Source of the DNA: Uliginosibacterium gangwonense
GTDB taxonomy: Bacteria; Pseudomonadota; Gammaproteobacteria; Burkholderiales; Rhodocyclaceae
DNA: 64,000 nucleotides
Reading direction: 5' to 3'
NCBI GenBank assembly: GCA_005239635.1
Contig: SBBQ01000039.1
Coordinates: 19,299 to 83,298, forward strand
Both the position numbers and the translations under genes were made by a program. Each line of letters starts with the position of its first letter. Position 1 is the first letter of the stretch. This document shows positions 36,011-45,416 of this stretch, one piece after another. The notes under the pieces were generated by a model. That model ran no database searches. It was given only the letters and a program-made list of their open reading frames with translations, and was not told where the DNA came from.

Positions 36011-36730
36011 ATGTACACCGCCGCAGGAACGTTAGACAAAGACCAGTTGGTCAAGCAATACGCACCACTGGTGAAGCGCATCGCCTACCACTTGATGGCC
36101 AAGTTACCGGCCAGCGTGCAAGTGGAAGACATCATTCAAAACGGAATGATGGGCTTGTTAGATGCCATGGGCCGTTACGAAGAAGGCTTGGGCGCGCAAT
36201 TTGAAACCTACGCTGTGCAGCGTATTCGCGGAGCTATGCTTGATGGCTTGCGCGAAAACGATTGGCTACCGCGTAGTTTGCGTCGCGACATGCGTCGCAT
36301 CGAACAAGCGATTCATCAGCTTGAACAACGCAATGGTCGCCAACCGACTGAAAAGGAGCTGGCAGAAACACTCGGCCTGCCGCTGCCTGAATACCAAAAG
36401 ATGCTGCAAGAAGCGCGCGGCTATCAGCTGGTGTACTTCGAAGATTTTGGTGATAGTGATGAAGATGACTATCTCGAACGTCACTGTGCTGGAGATGAAC
36501 TCGATCCGCTCGAAAAACTCATGGAGAAAAACATGCGCCATACCTTGGTGCGTGCCATTGAAGATTTGCCCGAGCGCGAAAAAATGGTGATGTCGCTGTA
36601 CTACGAAGAAGATCTTAACCTTCGTGAAATTGGCGACATTATGGGTGTGTCTGAATCACGTGTTTGCCAATTGCACAGCCAAGCGGTGGCACGTTTGCGT
36701 AGTCGTATTATGTCGCGCCGCGCTGCTTGA
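36011..36730 (+). CDS. fliA: Flagellar sigma factor FliA (sigma28)
   Basis: Sigma70-family regions 2 to 4: YAPLVKRIAYHL..DIIQNGMMGLLDAMGRYE..FETYAVQRIRGAMLD..LNLREIGDIMGVSESRVCQLHSQAV. Confidence 0.93.
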   Translation: MYTAAGTLDKDQLVKQYAPLVKRIAYHLMAKLPASVQVEDIIQNGMMGLLDAMGRYEEGLGAQFETYAVQRIRGAMLDGLRENDWLPRSLRRDMRRIEQAIHQLEQRNGRQPTEKELAETLGLPLPEYQKMLQEARGYQLVYFEDFGDSDEDDYLERHCAGDELDPLEKLMEKNMRHTLVRAIEDLPEREKMVMSLYYEEDLNLREIGDIMGVSESRVCQLHSQAVARLRSRIMSRRAA

Positions 36731-36801
36731 TCAGACGCATAGAACAATGAAGTTGAGGGATAAGGCGATTCGCTGAAGTTAGTGACGCCCGTACGAAACT
36801 C

Positions 36802-37617
36802 ATGATCGACAAGCTCAGTATATTCGGCCTCATTCTGGGCTTGGCTGCCATTCTTGGCGGCCAAGCACTCGAAGGCGGCCATATTTCATCACTGGTACAG
36901 CCCACCGCATTTTTGATTGTGCTGGGCGGGACATTTGGCGCAGTTATGCTGCAAAGTCCTTTCCCTGTTTTTATGCAAGGGGTGCGTATGATGGGCTGGG
37001 CATTTCGTTCGCCCAAAGTGCAACAAATGCCAGTGGTTGAGCAAGTTGTTCGTTGGAGCCAAGTGGCCCGTAAAGAAGGTTTGCTCGCGCTTGAATCGCA
37101 AATTGCCTCCATGCCAGACCCATTTGCGCGCAAAGGTTTACAGTTGTTGGTGGATGGCGCAGAACCAGACCGTCTGCGCGAAGTACTCGAAGTTGAAGTC
37201 ACGGTGTACGAAAACCATTTGCGCAACGCCGCCAAGATTTGGGATGCAGCAGGGGGCTATGCACCGACCGTAGGGATTCTCGGTGCGGTGATGGGCCTCA
37301 TCCACGTGATGGAAAATTTGTCTGACCCGGCCAAGCTCGGTGGCGGTATTGCCGTGGCATTTGTGGCCACCATCTACGGTGTGGGATTGGCAAACTTGGT
37401 GTTTCTGCCGGTTGCCAAAAAACTGTTAGCGCACGTTGGCCGTTTAGTTTCTCTGCGCGAGATGATGATTGATGGCCTGGTGAGTATTGCCAATGGCGAC
37501 AACCCGCGCATTATTGAAAGCCGCCTGCTCGGCTACCTAGAAGAAAAACCCAAAACAGTGGCCAAGGTAGCAGCCAAGCCGGCAGCCAAACCTGCGGCCC
37601 GACCCGCCGCACGCTAA
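36802..37617 (+). CDS. motC: Second stator A subunit (MotC/PomA-type MotA paralog)
   Basis: MIDKLSIFGLILGLAAILGGQALEGG..YAPTVGILGAVMGLI..AFVATIYGVGLANLVFLP. C-terminal AKPAAKPAARPAAR tail. Follows fliA, as in Pseudomonas. Confidence 0.85.
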   Translation: MIDKLSIFGLILGLAAILGGQALEGGHISSLVQPTAFLIVLGGTFGAVMLQSPFPVFMQGVRMMGWAFRSPKVQQMPVVEQVVRWSQVARKEGLLALESQIASMPDPFARKGLQLLVDGAEPDRLREVLEVEVTVYENHLRNAAKIWDAAGGYAPTVGILGAVMGLIHVMENLSDPAKLGGGIAVAFVATIYGVGLANLVFLPVAKKLLAHVGRLVSLREMMIDGLVSIANGDNPRIIESRLLGYLEEKPKTVAKVAAKPAAKPAARPAAR

Positions 37618-37709
37618 GCATGTTGGGGCGCGCCTAGGCTGAAGGGCACCCAAACTCACCCAGCCAAATGGCAGGGTTAAGACCATCGCCAAAGTGTCGT
37701 TAATGGCGA

Positions 37710-38549
37710 ATGGCCCGCAAAAAACACCACGAAGAGCATGAAAACCACGAGCGATGGCTCGTGTCTTATGCCGACTTCATTACCTTGCTGTTCGCCTTCT
37801 TCGTGGTCATGTACTCGATTTCTTCGGTTAACGAAGGAAAATATCGTGTCCTGTCAGACTCCATTACCCAAGCATTTCGTAACTTTCCCATCAATGCCAG
37901 TGGCGAAAAAGTAGACGTAACCGCCAATGGGCAAAACAATCCCATGCAAGCGTGGTTGATGAAAAAGCGCGCCGCCAAATTAGAAGAGCAGCAACGCAAG
38001 CGCAAAGAACGTTTTAAGAAAATGGCGGACGCGCTACACCAAGCGCTAGCGCCGTTGGAGCAGCAAGGCCAGGTGAATATCAACCAAGGCGCATTTGGGA
38101 TCTCGATTGATATTGCGGCCGGTGCATTGTTTCAACCGGGCGAAGCCGTGCTCGATGAACAAGCGCAGCAGTTGCTGTCTGCTGTGGGCCAAGTGCTCAC
38201 CTATACCGACTTGCCGGTGATGGTAGAAGGTCATACCGACAACGTACCCATCTCAAATACACGCTTTGCCTCGAACTGGGAACTCTCAGCGGTGCGTTCA
38301 TCGGCTGTGGTGCGTTTGTTTGTTGAAAACGGCGTGCTGTCGTCGCGCCTTACCGCTGCGGGTTACGCCGACCAGCGCCCAGTGGCCGATAACGACACGG
38401 TAGAAGGGCGCTCGCGCAACCGTCGCGTGCGTATTTACATCGAAGCCCCGAATGTAACGGATGGCGAAGGTAAAGACCTTGCCGCGCCCGTTACACAGCC
38501 CGCGCCCGAGCATCAAGGGCAGTTCAACGGATCATTCCCGCGGCAGTAG
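37710..38549 (+). CDS. motD: Second stator B subunit (MotD/PomB-type MotB paralog)
   Basis: ERWLVSYADFITLLFAFFVVMYSIS with the conserved Asp. OmpA-like C-terminus (VEGHTDNVPI..NRRVRIYI). Confidence 0.85.
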   Translation: MARKKHHEEHENHERWLVSYADFITLLFAFFVVMYSISSVNEGKYRVLSDSITQAFRNFPINASGEKVDVTANGQNNPMQAWLMKKRAAKLEEQQRKRKERFKKMADALHQALAPLEQQGQVNINQGAFGISIDIAAGALFQPGEAVLDEQAQQLLSAVGQVLTYTDLPVMVEGHTDNVPISNTRFASNWELSAVRSSAVVRLFVENGVLSSRLTAAGYADQRPVADNDTVEGRSRNRRVRIYIEAPNVTDGEGKDLAAPVTQPAPEHQGQFNGSFPRQ

Positions 38550-38602
38550 TGGTGCGCTTGAGCGATTGCCTGAATAACGGAAAGTGCTACACAGTACAAA
38601 AT

Positions 38603-38640
38603 AAAACAGCCGGGTGTGCGGTGCACACGCCGGCTGTTTT
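38603..38640. terminator. Bidirectional terminator between motD (+) and flgN (-)
   Basis: AAAACAGCCGG-gtgtgcggtgcacacg-CCGGCTGTTTT, with an inner GTGTG/CACAC pairing. Confidence 0.75.
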
Positions 38641-38663
38641 AGTGTTTGAAGCTAAATGCGTTG

Positions 38664-39158
38664 TTATGCGCTGCCGAAGCGGCGTGAGGCATTGAGCGAA
38701 TGGGTGCGGCCATCGGCACCATAAACGCCGGTGCGGCCACTGGCGTGCATGAGTACGTCCAGTGTTTGGCGGTTGATGCGCATTTGGTCGTCGATGAGGC
38801 GACCATTGACGCGATTGGTTTCTTTGGCGTTTTGCAGGTCGGCCAGCAGGGCTAGCCATTCACCACGCAGGCGCTTGCCATTTGCTTGACGTCCCAGCCA
38901 GGTTTCCATGCCTACGCGGTCGGCGGTGAAGCCGAGCTGGGCCAAGGCAACTTGGCGTTGGCGCGTAAGGTCGGCCAACTGTTCAAACAGTTTGTTCTTT
39001 TGCGGCACGAGTTCGCCCAGTACTTCGGGGTGGCCTGTGCTGAGTGCTTCGCGCTCAGACAAAAGAACACCGAGGATCGAGCGCGTGAGCGCCCGTTCCT
39101 CGGCTAGGAGGGAATCAATGGTAAATGTTGATGCGCTAGCGTGTGTGTGCGTGTTCAA
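38664..39158 (-). CDS. flgN: Flagellar chaperone FlgN
   Basis: Helical 164-aa protein (LLAEERALTRSILGVLLSEREAL..KNKLFEQLADLTRQR). 4-nt overlap with flgM upstream. Synteny flgA-flgM-flgN. Confidence 0.8.
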   Translation of the reverse strand: MNTHTHASASTFTIDSLLAEERALTRSILGVLLSEREALSTGHPEVLGELVPQKNKLFEQLADLTRQRQVALAQLGFTADRVGMETWLGRQANGKRLRGEWLALLADLQNAKETNRVNGRLIDDQMRINRQTLDVLMHASGRTGVYGADGRTHSLNASRRFGSA

Positions 39159-39466
39159 GTTTTATATGCCTGTGCTGAGAGCATGTCGCGCACACTTTGA
39201 ATGAGACCGTCCGCGACTCGCTCAGGGTTGACCTTGAAACGACCGTCGGAGATCGCTTGCTTGATCTCTGCGACGCGTGCGTTATCCACCACGGGTACAT
39301 TGGCAATGGTTGCTTCCAGTTCTTTTAGCGTGCCTGCTAGCCCTGATAAGGCAACCTTGGTGCCCGCGCTGGCGCTGGCGCTGCTTTTGGCAGCAGGAGT
39401 CTCGCCCGACGGTTTGGTGGTCGTGCTAGCGGGGGTATTCGGTTTTCCGGTTCCGTCGATTTTCAC
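39155..39466 (-). CDS. flgM: Anti-sigma28 factor FlgM
   Basis: GTG start after SD gaaaggg. Disordered Ser/Thr/Ala-rich N-terminus. C-terminal VDNARVAEIKQAISDGRFKVNPERVADGLI, typical of FlgM. Confidence 0.88.
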   Translation of the reverse strand: MKIDGTGKPNTPASTTTKPSGETPAAKSSASASAGTKVALSGLAGTLKELEATIANVPVVDNARVAEIKQAISDGRFKVNPERVADGLIQSVRDMLSAQAYKT

Positions 39467-39502
39467 AGCGAAGCCCTTTCTGATTTAATGCGTTCGAGTG
39501 GA

Positions 39503-39529
39503 CTAACGACGCGTGAAATCCGAACTTTA
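39503..39529 (-). promoter_or_regulatory. Candidate sigma28 promoter of flgMN
   Basis: Minus strand reads TAAAGTTCggatttcacgcGTCGTTAG (7/8 match at -35, N11 spacer). It lies 37 nt upstream of the flgM GTG. Confidence 0.5.
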
Positions 39530-39534
39530 GGTTT

Positions 39535-39559
39535 TTTTGTAGGAATTTTTCCTACAAAA
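39535..39559. repeat. Inverted repeat TTTTGTAGG-N7-CCTACAAAA between flgA and the flgM promoter
   Basis: The core TGTAGG(39538..39543)-aattttt-CCTACA(39551..39556) is the same as at 4442..4460. No 3' U-run in either orientation. Confidence 0.6.
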
Positions 39560-39604
39560 CCGTGACGGATTTGTCAGCGTTGCCCAACCTCGACCGATGT
39601 TTGA

Positions 39605-40471
39605 TCAGTAAGCAACCTCCACAGTTCCATCTACACGCGCAATTCCTGAAATACTTTGGCCATTGCCGAGCCTAACTTGTACCACTTGTCCTTCTGTTGC
39701 TTGTCCCACTGCGCGGCCGTCCTGGGTCACAGTAAAGCCGGGGCCGTGGGTAAACACCCGAACCTGCTGGCCGCTACGAACGGTAATCGGGCGACGCAGG
39801 TTTTCATTGCGCAGGGTTTGGCCCTGCATTAATCCAACTGAAAGTACGGAGCCGACTGCCTGTTGCATATTAGTAACGGCAGATAAGGGCTGTTGTGTAA
39901 GGTCGCCACGCACGGCGGTTATGTCGGCGGCGGTGAGTTGCATGCCGGCGGCCAGCGGGTGGGTGGTGGTGTAGTAGTCGCCCACCACTTTAATTTGGGC
40001 AGAAATATAACGAATCGAGCCCGTTACGCCGGGGCACAGCACGCCAATTTGGGTTTTACCCCACAGACGGCCCCCTTGGGTGGGCACCACTTCAGGGTTG
40101 GCGCATTCGGGCAGTACAGCATCGTCTTGCACATTCACCGCAAAACTCACTTCGCCCGGCAGGCTGCGTGTGTTGATGCGCAGGTAGTCCAGCACAGCGT
40201 CTTTCCAGCGTTGCAGATTATTGGGGACGCCTGCCTTGTTAACCGTGGTGAGGGGGGCAGCGAGCGCGGTATTAAAACTCGCCGGTGCGGCGTTGGCGCT
40301 ACCTGCGTAGACATTTTGCCAAACACCCAGCATCAACAGCGTTAAGCAAGCCATTAAGCAAGCCAAATGGCGCGACAGTGAGCGCACGCGCTGTACTAGC
40401 TGTGGAGCTAGGCGCGTTACGAGCCGCGTTATGAGGCGATTTGCTTGATGGTTGTGTGATGCCTGAATCAT
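39605..40471 (-). CDS. flgA: P-ring assembly chaperone FlgA
   Basis: SD ggagcaagga. Arg-rich N-terminus followed by a signal-like segment (LMACLTLLMLGVWQNVYAGSANA). C-terminal FlgA/SAF region (ITVRSGQQVRVF..GQVVQVRLGNGQSISGIA). Confidence 0.85.
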   Translation of the reverse strand: MIQASHNHQANRLITRLVTRLAPQLVQRVRSLSRHLACLMACLTLLMLGVWQNVYAGSANAAPASFNTALAAPLTTVNKAGVPNNLQRWKDAVLDYLRINTRSLPGEVSFAVNVQDDAVLPECANPEVVPTQGGRLWGKTQIGVLCPGVTGSIRYISAQIKVVGDYYTTTHPLAAGMQLTAADITAVRGDLTQQPLSAVTNMQQAVGSVLSVGLMQGQTLRNENLRRPITVRSGQQVRVFTHGPGFTVTQDGRAVGQATEGQVVQVRLGNGQSISGIARVDGTVEVAY

Positions 40472-40498
40472 TCCTTGCTCCTATGGTGTTGGAGGTGC

Positions 40499-40544
40499 CG
40501 GTGCTTGAGCTGCGGTACCTGAGCTGCGGTACCTGAGCTGCGGC
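40499..40544. repeat. 14-bp tandem repeat (about 3.3 copies) in the flgA-flgB divergent region
   Basis: Plus strand: CGGTGCTTGAGCTG CGGTACCTGAGCTG CGGTACCTGAGCTG CGGC. It lies 28 to 73 nt upstream of the flgA ATG. Confidence 0.85.
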
Positions 40545-40772
40545 GCTTTCTCCAACGCTGGAATATCCGGTGGGCAGATTTCAACAGCTTTTGCCAATTC
40601 ACTAAGCGATAAACAAGCCAGATAACACCCCTTTCTTCCACGCTTCAGATTGCTAGACAACAGGCATTCTTGCGAACGTGAAAAAGGGCAAAGCTCGCCG
40701 GCGGCAATTTAAAAGCGGCAAGGGTTGCCGCCCAAGGTGGGCTGTGTAGCTTGAGTGGATGCTTTAGATGAG

Positions 40773-40788
40773 TGGCACGCTTGCTGCT
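40773..40788 (+). promoter_or_regulatory. Candidate sigma54 promoter of flgBCDE
   Basis: TGGCACgcttgCTGCT, with correct GG-N10-GC spacing. The -12 element is CTGC rather than TTGC. It ends 26 nt before flgB ATG 40815. Confidence 0.4.
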
Positions 40789-40814
40789 CTGTTAAACGCA
40801 AAAGGAGATGGCGT

Positions 40815-41240
40815 ATGTCAGCAAACAAGATTCAGGGAGCAAACGAACTCGCTAGCTTGCAGTCTGCGCTGAGCCTGCGCGCGCAACGGCAGCAGTTAAT
40901 TGCATCGAATATTGCCAATGCTGATACGCCTAACTTTAAGGCGCGCGATGTGGACTTTAAGTCTGCCTTTGAAACAGCAGTGGGCAAGCGCGCCTCTGCC
41001 AGTATGGACGGCATGGCACGCACGAATGAACGACATCTAGGTGGCACGGGTGGGGCTGCAGGTGGTTTGGCCGCCAAGGCGCAATACCGCACGGGTAGCC
41101 AAGGCAACCTAGATGGCAACACGGTGGATATTGAAGTGGAGCGTGCAGCATTTGCTGAGAACGCGGTGCAGTACGAAGCGACACTGACATTTGTGAATGA
41201 CTATTTCCGTCAGCTGACTCAGGCTACCAATGGTCAGTAA
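40815..41240 (+). CDS. flgB: Flagellar proximal rod protein FlgB
   Basis: ATG 40815 follows SD aaggag. LIASNIANADTPNFKARDVDF rod N-terminal motif. The ORF-track start at 40755 is an extension. Confidence 0.92.
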   Translation: MSANKIQGANELASLQSALSLRAQRQQLIASNIANADTPNFKARDVDFKSAFETAVGKRASASMDGMARTNERHLGGTGGAAGGLAAKAQYRTGSQGNLDGNTVDIEVERAAFAENAVQYEATLTFVNDYFRQLTQATNGQ

Positions 41241-41300
41241 TGTGGCAAGTATCGCAAGTTAGTCATGCAGCACTTGGCGAATTTAAAGGGGTAAAAAATC

Positions 41301-41705
41301 ATGAGCCTATTTAACGTATTCAGTATTGCTGGGTCTGCCATGACTGCGCAGTCGGCCCGCCTTAATACGACATCGTCCAATCTGGCCAACGCAGACAGCG
41401 TGGTGACGAGTACAGGCCAACCCTACCGAGCCAAGCAAGTGGTGTTTCAGGCCAAGCAAATGGGCGGCCCCGAAGCGCAAGGCGTGCGTGTGACACAGGT
41501 GGTAGAGAGCGCTACACCGCCACGCATGGTGTACGACCCGAAAAGTCCGCTGGCGAACAAAGATGGCTACGTCAGCATGCCCAACGTGAATGTGGTGGAA
41601 GAGATGGTGAACATGATCTCGGCTTCGCGTAGCTACCAAAACAATGTGGAAATGATGAACACCGCCAAGAACTTGATGCAGAAGACGCTGCAGATTGGTC
41701 AGTAA
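41301..41705 (+). CDS. flgC: Flagellar proximal rod protein FlgC
   Basis: [37 protein letters not shown]. Confidence 0.94.
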   Translation: MSLFNVFSIAGSAMTAQSARLNTTSSNLANADSVVTSTGQPYRAKQVVFQAKQMGGPEAQGVRVTQVVESATPPRMVYDPKSPLANKDGYVSMPNVNVVEEMVNMISASRSYQNNVEMMNTAKNLMQKTLQIGQ

Positions 41706-41791
41706 GTCAGGCACGGTCATTGCTGTTAGTGGGTGAGTGGTACCCGATCAGCACAACGAAACAACAATGAAGTTACGGACAGGAGTCCAAC

Positions 41792-42478
41792 ATGGCAACC
41801 TCCGCAATTAGTAGTCAGTCATCACAGGTGCTCTCGCAATTGGGTTTGAATACCAATGCGAGCGGTAGTGATAGCGCAAGCAGCAAGGTGTCAGATCAGC
41901 AAAACCGTTTTTTGACCTTGCTCACCACCCAGCTCAAGAACCAAGACCCGCTGAATCCGATGGATAACGCCCAGGTAACGTCTCAGCTGGCGCAAATCAG
42001 CACGGTTGATGGCATTAGCCAGCTCAACCAAACGCTGCAAAAGCTCATCGAAAACTCGAATCAAGATCAAAACCTGCAAGCTGCGGCGCTGGTTGGTCAA
42101 GGCGTATTGGTAGCAGGGCATGGTCTGCAACTGAACAATGGTCAGGCGGTTGGCGGCTTTGAGTTGGCTACCGCAGCCGATGCCGTGAAGGTGACGATTA
42201 CCGACGCAAACGGCCTACCTGTACGCGTGATGAATTTAGGCGCACAAGTCGCCGGCCCAAGCAATTTTGTGTGGGATGGCAAATCAGACAGTGGTGCCTC
42301 CGCTGCGAATGGTCAGTACACCATCTCGGTTGAGGCGAGCCAAAGCGGCAAGAGTGTATTGGCAACAGCATTGCAGGCCGGTGTTGTATCCAGCATCACG
42401 ATGAATAACGGTAACGCACGTGTGAATGTCAATGGCGCCGGTAGTTACGGCGTAGGCGACATCAAACAAATTCTTTAA
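41792..42478 (+). CDS. flgD: Hook cap/scaffold protein FlgD
   Basis: QNRFLTLLTTQLKNQDPLNPMDNAQVTSQLAQIS; C-terminal Ig-like region. Confidence 0.92.
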   Translation: MATSAISSQSSQVLSQLGLNTNASGSDSASSKVSDQQNRFLTLLTTQLKNQDPLNPMDNAQVTSQLAQISTVDGISQLNQTLQKLIENSNQDQNLQAAALVGQGVLVAGHGLQLNNGQAVGGFELATAADAVKVTITDANGLPVRVMNLGAQVAGPSNFVWDGKSDSGASAANGQYTISVEASQSGKSVLATALQAGVVSSITMNNGNARVNVNGAGSYGVGDIKQIL

Positions 42479-42499
42479 TGAAGCAGGCAGGAGACTGAC

Positions 42500-43711
42500 A
42501 TGAGTTTTCAGCAAGGACTTTCCGGACTGAATGGCGCATCTAAAGCATTGGATGCAATTAGCAACAACGTTGCCAACTCCAAAACGGTCGGTTTTAAGTC
42601 GTCCGCCGCGCAGTTTTCAGACGTGTATGCAGCAGCATTGAGTGGCGCTGGTGCAGGCCAAATTGGTATTGGTACGCAAGTGGCTGGGATCAACCAGCAA
42701 TTTACACAAGGTAACGTGACGGTAACGAACAACCCGCTTGATGTGGCGATCAATGGTTCGGGCTTCTTCCGTATGAGTAACAACGGCACGATTACCTATT
42801 CGCGTAACGGCCAGTTCTTTGCCGACAAAGATGGTTACATCGTGAATAGTAACAATGCCCATTTGACCGGCTTTCCGGCTGACTCTTCGGGCAACATTGT
42901 GCCGGCTACGCCGACAGATTTGCAGATCAATACGTCAGATCTTCAGCCAACCCCAACAACAGGTGCGACGGTTGGTGTGAATCTGGATTCGCGTATGAGC
43001 ACGCCGTCAGTTACGCCGTTCAATATTAACAACGCGCTCACTTACAACAGCTCAACATCTGTCACAACGTACGACTCACTGGGCAATCCGCACGTGATGA
43101 CGATGTACTTCGTGAAAGATCCGGCAGTGGCACGACGCTGGCAGGTTTACACCAATTTGGATGGTGGTGCGACCACGGCCAGCAATTTGGATTTCTCAAC
43201 CAGCGGTACGTTAAGTACGGCCATGCCGCTTGCAGCAACCACCTTTGCCATGACGAATGGTGCGGCGAATATGAGCGTTGCGCTCAATTTCACCGGTTCC
43301 ACTTCGTTTGGTTCCACTTTTGGTGTGAACTCCATGACGCAAGATGGTTATACCTCTGGCCGTCTGTCAGGCATTTCTGTTTCTAACGATGGCTTGGTGC
43401 AAGGTCGGTATTCAAACGGCCAAACGCGCAATATGGGCCAAATCGCCTTGGCGAATTTCTCCAATCCCAATGGTTTGTTATCGCTGGGTGCAAACCAATG
43501 GGCTGAGGCACCGAGTTCTGGTGCGCCATTGATCGGTGCGCCAGGCACTTCTAGCTTGGGGGTGATCCAAGCGGGTGCGGTTGAAGAGTCAAACGTGGAC
43601 CTCACCTCTGAACTGGTGAACATGATTACGCAACAGCGCGCCTATCAAGCGAATGCGCAGTCAATCAAAACTCAAGATCAGCTGCTGCAGACCTTGGTGA
43701 ACCTACGTTAA
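42500..43711 (+). CDS. flgE: Flagellar hook protein FlgE
   Basis: MSFQQGLSGLNGASKALDAISNNVANSKTVGFK..QRAYQANAQSIKTQDQLLQTLVNL. Confidence 0.94.
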   Translation: MSFQQGLSGLNGASKALDAISNNVANSKTVGFKSSAAQFSDVYAAALSGAGAGQIGIGTQVAGINQQFTQGNVTVTNNPLDVAINGSGFFRMSNNGTITYSRNGQFFADKDGYIVNSNNAHLTGFPADSSGNIVPATPTDLQINTSDLQPTPTTGATVGVNLDSRMSTPSVTPFNINNALTYNSSTSVTTYDSLGNPHVMTMYFVKDPAVARRWQVYTNLDGGATTASNLDFSTSGTLSTAMPLAATTFAMTNGAANMSVALNFTGSTSFGSTFGVNSMTQDGYTSGRLSGISVSNDGLVQGRYSNGQTRNMGQIALANFSNPNGLLSLGANQWAEAPSSGAPLIGAPGTSSLGVIQAGAVEESNVDLTSELVNMITQQRAYQANAQSIKTQDQLLQTLVNLR

Positions 43712-43773
43712 TTGATGATTAACCGTGCTCGGCACGGTGTGTCGAGCAGACGGTTAAAACAGGAAAGCGGACT

Positions 43774-44511
43774 ATGGATCGCCTTGTGTATGTCGTGATG
43801 TCAGGTGCTAAGTGGACGATGGAGCGTCAAGCTTCTGTCGCCCACAACCTTGCCAACGCATCCTCTACCGGCTACCGCGCTGAAGAGCACAAGCTTCGCG
43901 CGGTGAACACCATTTCTGATGGTTTGCCTACACGCTCTTATGCGGTTGAAGTGAGCGTGGGCGCAAACCAAGAAAATGGTCCGCTGCAACTGACGGGTCG
44001 TCCATTAGACGTGGCGATTAAAGGTGACGGTTGGTTTGCGGTGCAAGGCCCGCAAGGCGAAGGTTATACGCGCAACGGTCACTTCCAAATTTCCCCTGAA
44101 GGTGTTCTGCAAACGGCCAACGGTTTGCCGGTTTTAGGCGATGGCGGCGAAATCACCATTCCGCCTGATAACGATGTGTCGATTGGTGACGATGGCACGA
44201 TTAGTGTGGTGCCACGTACAGGTTCAAAGAGCGCCGTTAATGCAGTGGGCCGTCTCAAGCTGGTTAATCCACAACAAGCGACGATGCTGCGCGGTGATGA
44301 CGGTTTATTTCGCACTGCCACGGGCGCCCCTGAGCAAGACGACAAGGTGCGCGTTGCAGGCGGTTACCTCGAAGGCAGCAATGTGAATGTGGTGGACCAG
44401 ATGGTGCAGATGATTGCGCTGTCGCGTCAGTTTGAAATGCAAACCAAGATGCTGCAAACCGCCGAGGCAGATGATCGTGCCGCGCAGCAGATTTTGAATA
44501 ATCGTAGTTAA
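43774..44511 (+). CDS. flgF: Flagellar rod protein FlgF
   Basis: MDRLVYVVMSGAKWTMERQASVAHNLANASSTGYRA..SRQFEMQTKMLQTA. Confidence 0.92.
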   Translation: MDRLVYVVMSGAKWTMERQASVAHNLANASSTGYRAEEHKLRAVNTISDGLPTRSYAVEVSVGANQENGPLQLTGRPLDVAIKGDGWFAVQGPQGEGYTRNGHFQISPEGVLQTANGLPVLGDGGEITIPPDNDVSIGDDGTISVVPRTGSKSAVNAVGRLKLVNPQQATMLRGDDGLFRTATGAPEQDDKVRVAGGYLEGSNVNVVDQMVQMIALSRQFEMQTKMLQTAEADDRAAQQILNNRS

Positions 44512-44529
44512 GACTAGGAGTCGCCCATC

Positions 44530-45312
44530 ATGATGCGCTCATTGTGGATTGCCAAAACCGGTTTAGATGCTCAGCAAACACAGCTGGACGTGATTACCAA
44601 TAACTTGGCAAACGTTAGTACCAATGGCTTTAAACGTGCGCGCGCAGTGTTTGAAGACTTGCTGTATCAAACACTACGCCAGCCTGGGGCTCAGTCTTCA
44701 CAACGAAGTACGATTCCATCTGGCCTGCAAATTGGTACGGGTGCGCGCCCGATTGCAACTGAGCGCATTCAAACGCAGGGCAACTTAAATCAAACCAGCA
44801 ACCCGCTGGATATTGCCATTTCTGGCCAAGGTTTCTTCCAGGTACAAATGCCGGATGGCACGTTGGGTTATACCCGTGACGGGGCATTCCAAAAAGATGC
44901 ACAGGGACAACTGGTTACTTCTAACGGTTACCCGGTGCAACCTGCGATTACCATTCCTGCAAATGCTGTCACCGTCACGATTGGTCGTGATGGTGTGGTG
45001 TCAGCCACGATTGCCGGCTCAAGCGCGCCGACACAGATTGGCACCTTGCAGCTGGCCACCTTTGTAAACCCGGGTGGCTTGCAAAGTGCGGGTGAAAATA
45101 TTTATCAAGAGACTGCGGCAAGTGGTACGCCGACCCCCAACACGCCGGGGATTAACGGTGCGGGGGTCTTGAATCAAGGTTATGTCGAAACATCGAACGT
45201 GAATGTGGTGGAAGAGTTGGTGAGCATGATTCAGACGCAGCGCGCTTACGAAATTAATTCACGTGCGATTCAAACCTCTGACCAAATGTTGGGCAAGCTG
45301 ACGCAGCTGTAA
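44530..45312 (+). CDS. flgG: Flagellar distal rod protein FlgG
   Basis: [55 protein letters not shown]. Confidence 0.95.
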   Translation: MMRSLWIAKTGLDAQQTQLDVITNNLANVSTNGFKRARAVFEDLLYQTLRQPGAQSSQRSTIPSGLQIGTGARPIATERIQTQGNLNQTSNPLDIAISGQGFFQVQMPDGTLGYTRDGAFQKDAQGQLVTSNGYPVQPAITIPANAVTVTIGRDGVVSATIAGSSAPTQIGTLQLATFVNPGGLQSAGENIYQETAASGTPTPNTPGINGAGVLNQGYVETSNVNVVEELVSMIQTQRAYEINSRAIQTSDQMLGKLTQL

Positions 45313-45416
45313 GACGCGCGTTGAGCTTTTGATGACCTTGGGTGCGTGAGTTGGCAGGGTATTTGAAACAGCATTTGAAACTGGCACGTTAGACAAGTCA
45401 TAAAGCGAGAAGTGGA

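Noticed and set aside
40513-40540. Repeated GGTACC (KpnI) sites inside the 14-bp tandem repeat, considered as a possible cloning or assembly artefact.
   Set aside because: The sites are simply part of the repeat unit. The flanking sequence is continuous with normal flgA and flgB regulatory DNA, and no vector-like sequence is present.
40680-40760. Possible c-di-GMP (GEMM-I-like) riboswitch suggested by GGGCAAAGC and the GCGGCAA-ggg-TTGCCGC hairpin upstream of flgB.
   Set aside because: I saw only fragmentary resemblance to the conserved GEMM cores and could not build the P1/P2/P3 architecture by eye. The region also lies upstream of the best flgB promoter candidate, so it would not be in the leader. 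A covariance-model scan (Infernal/Rfam) is needed to revisit this.
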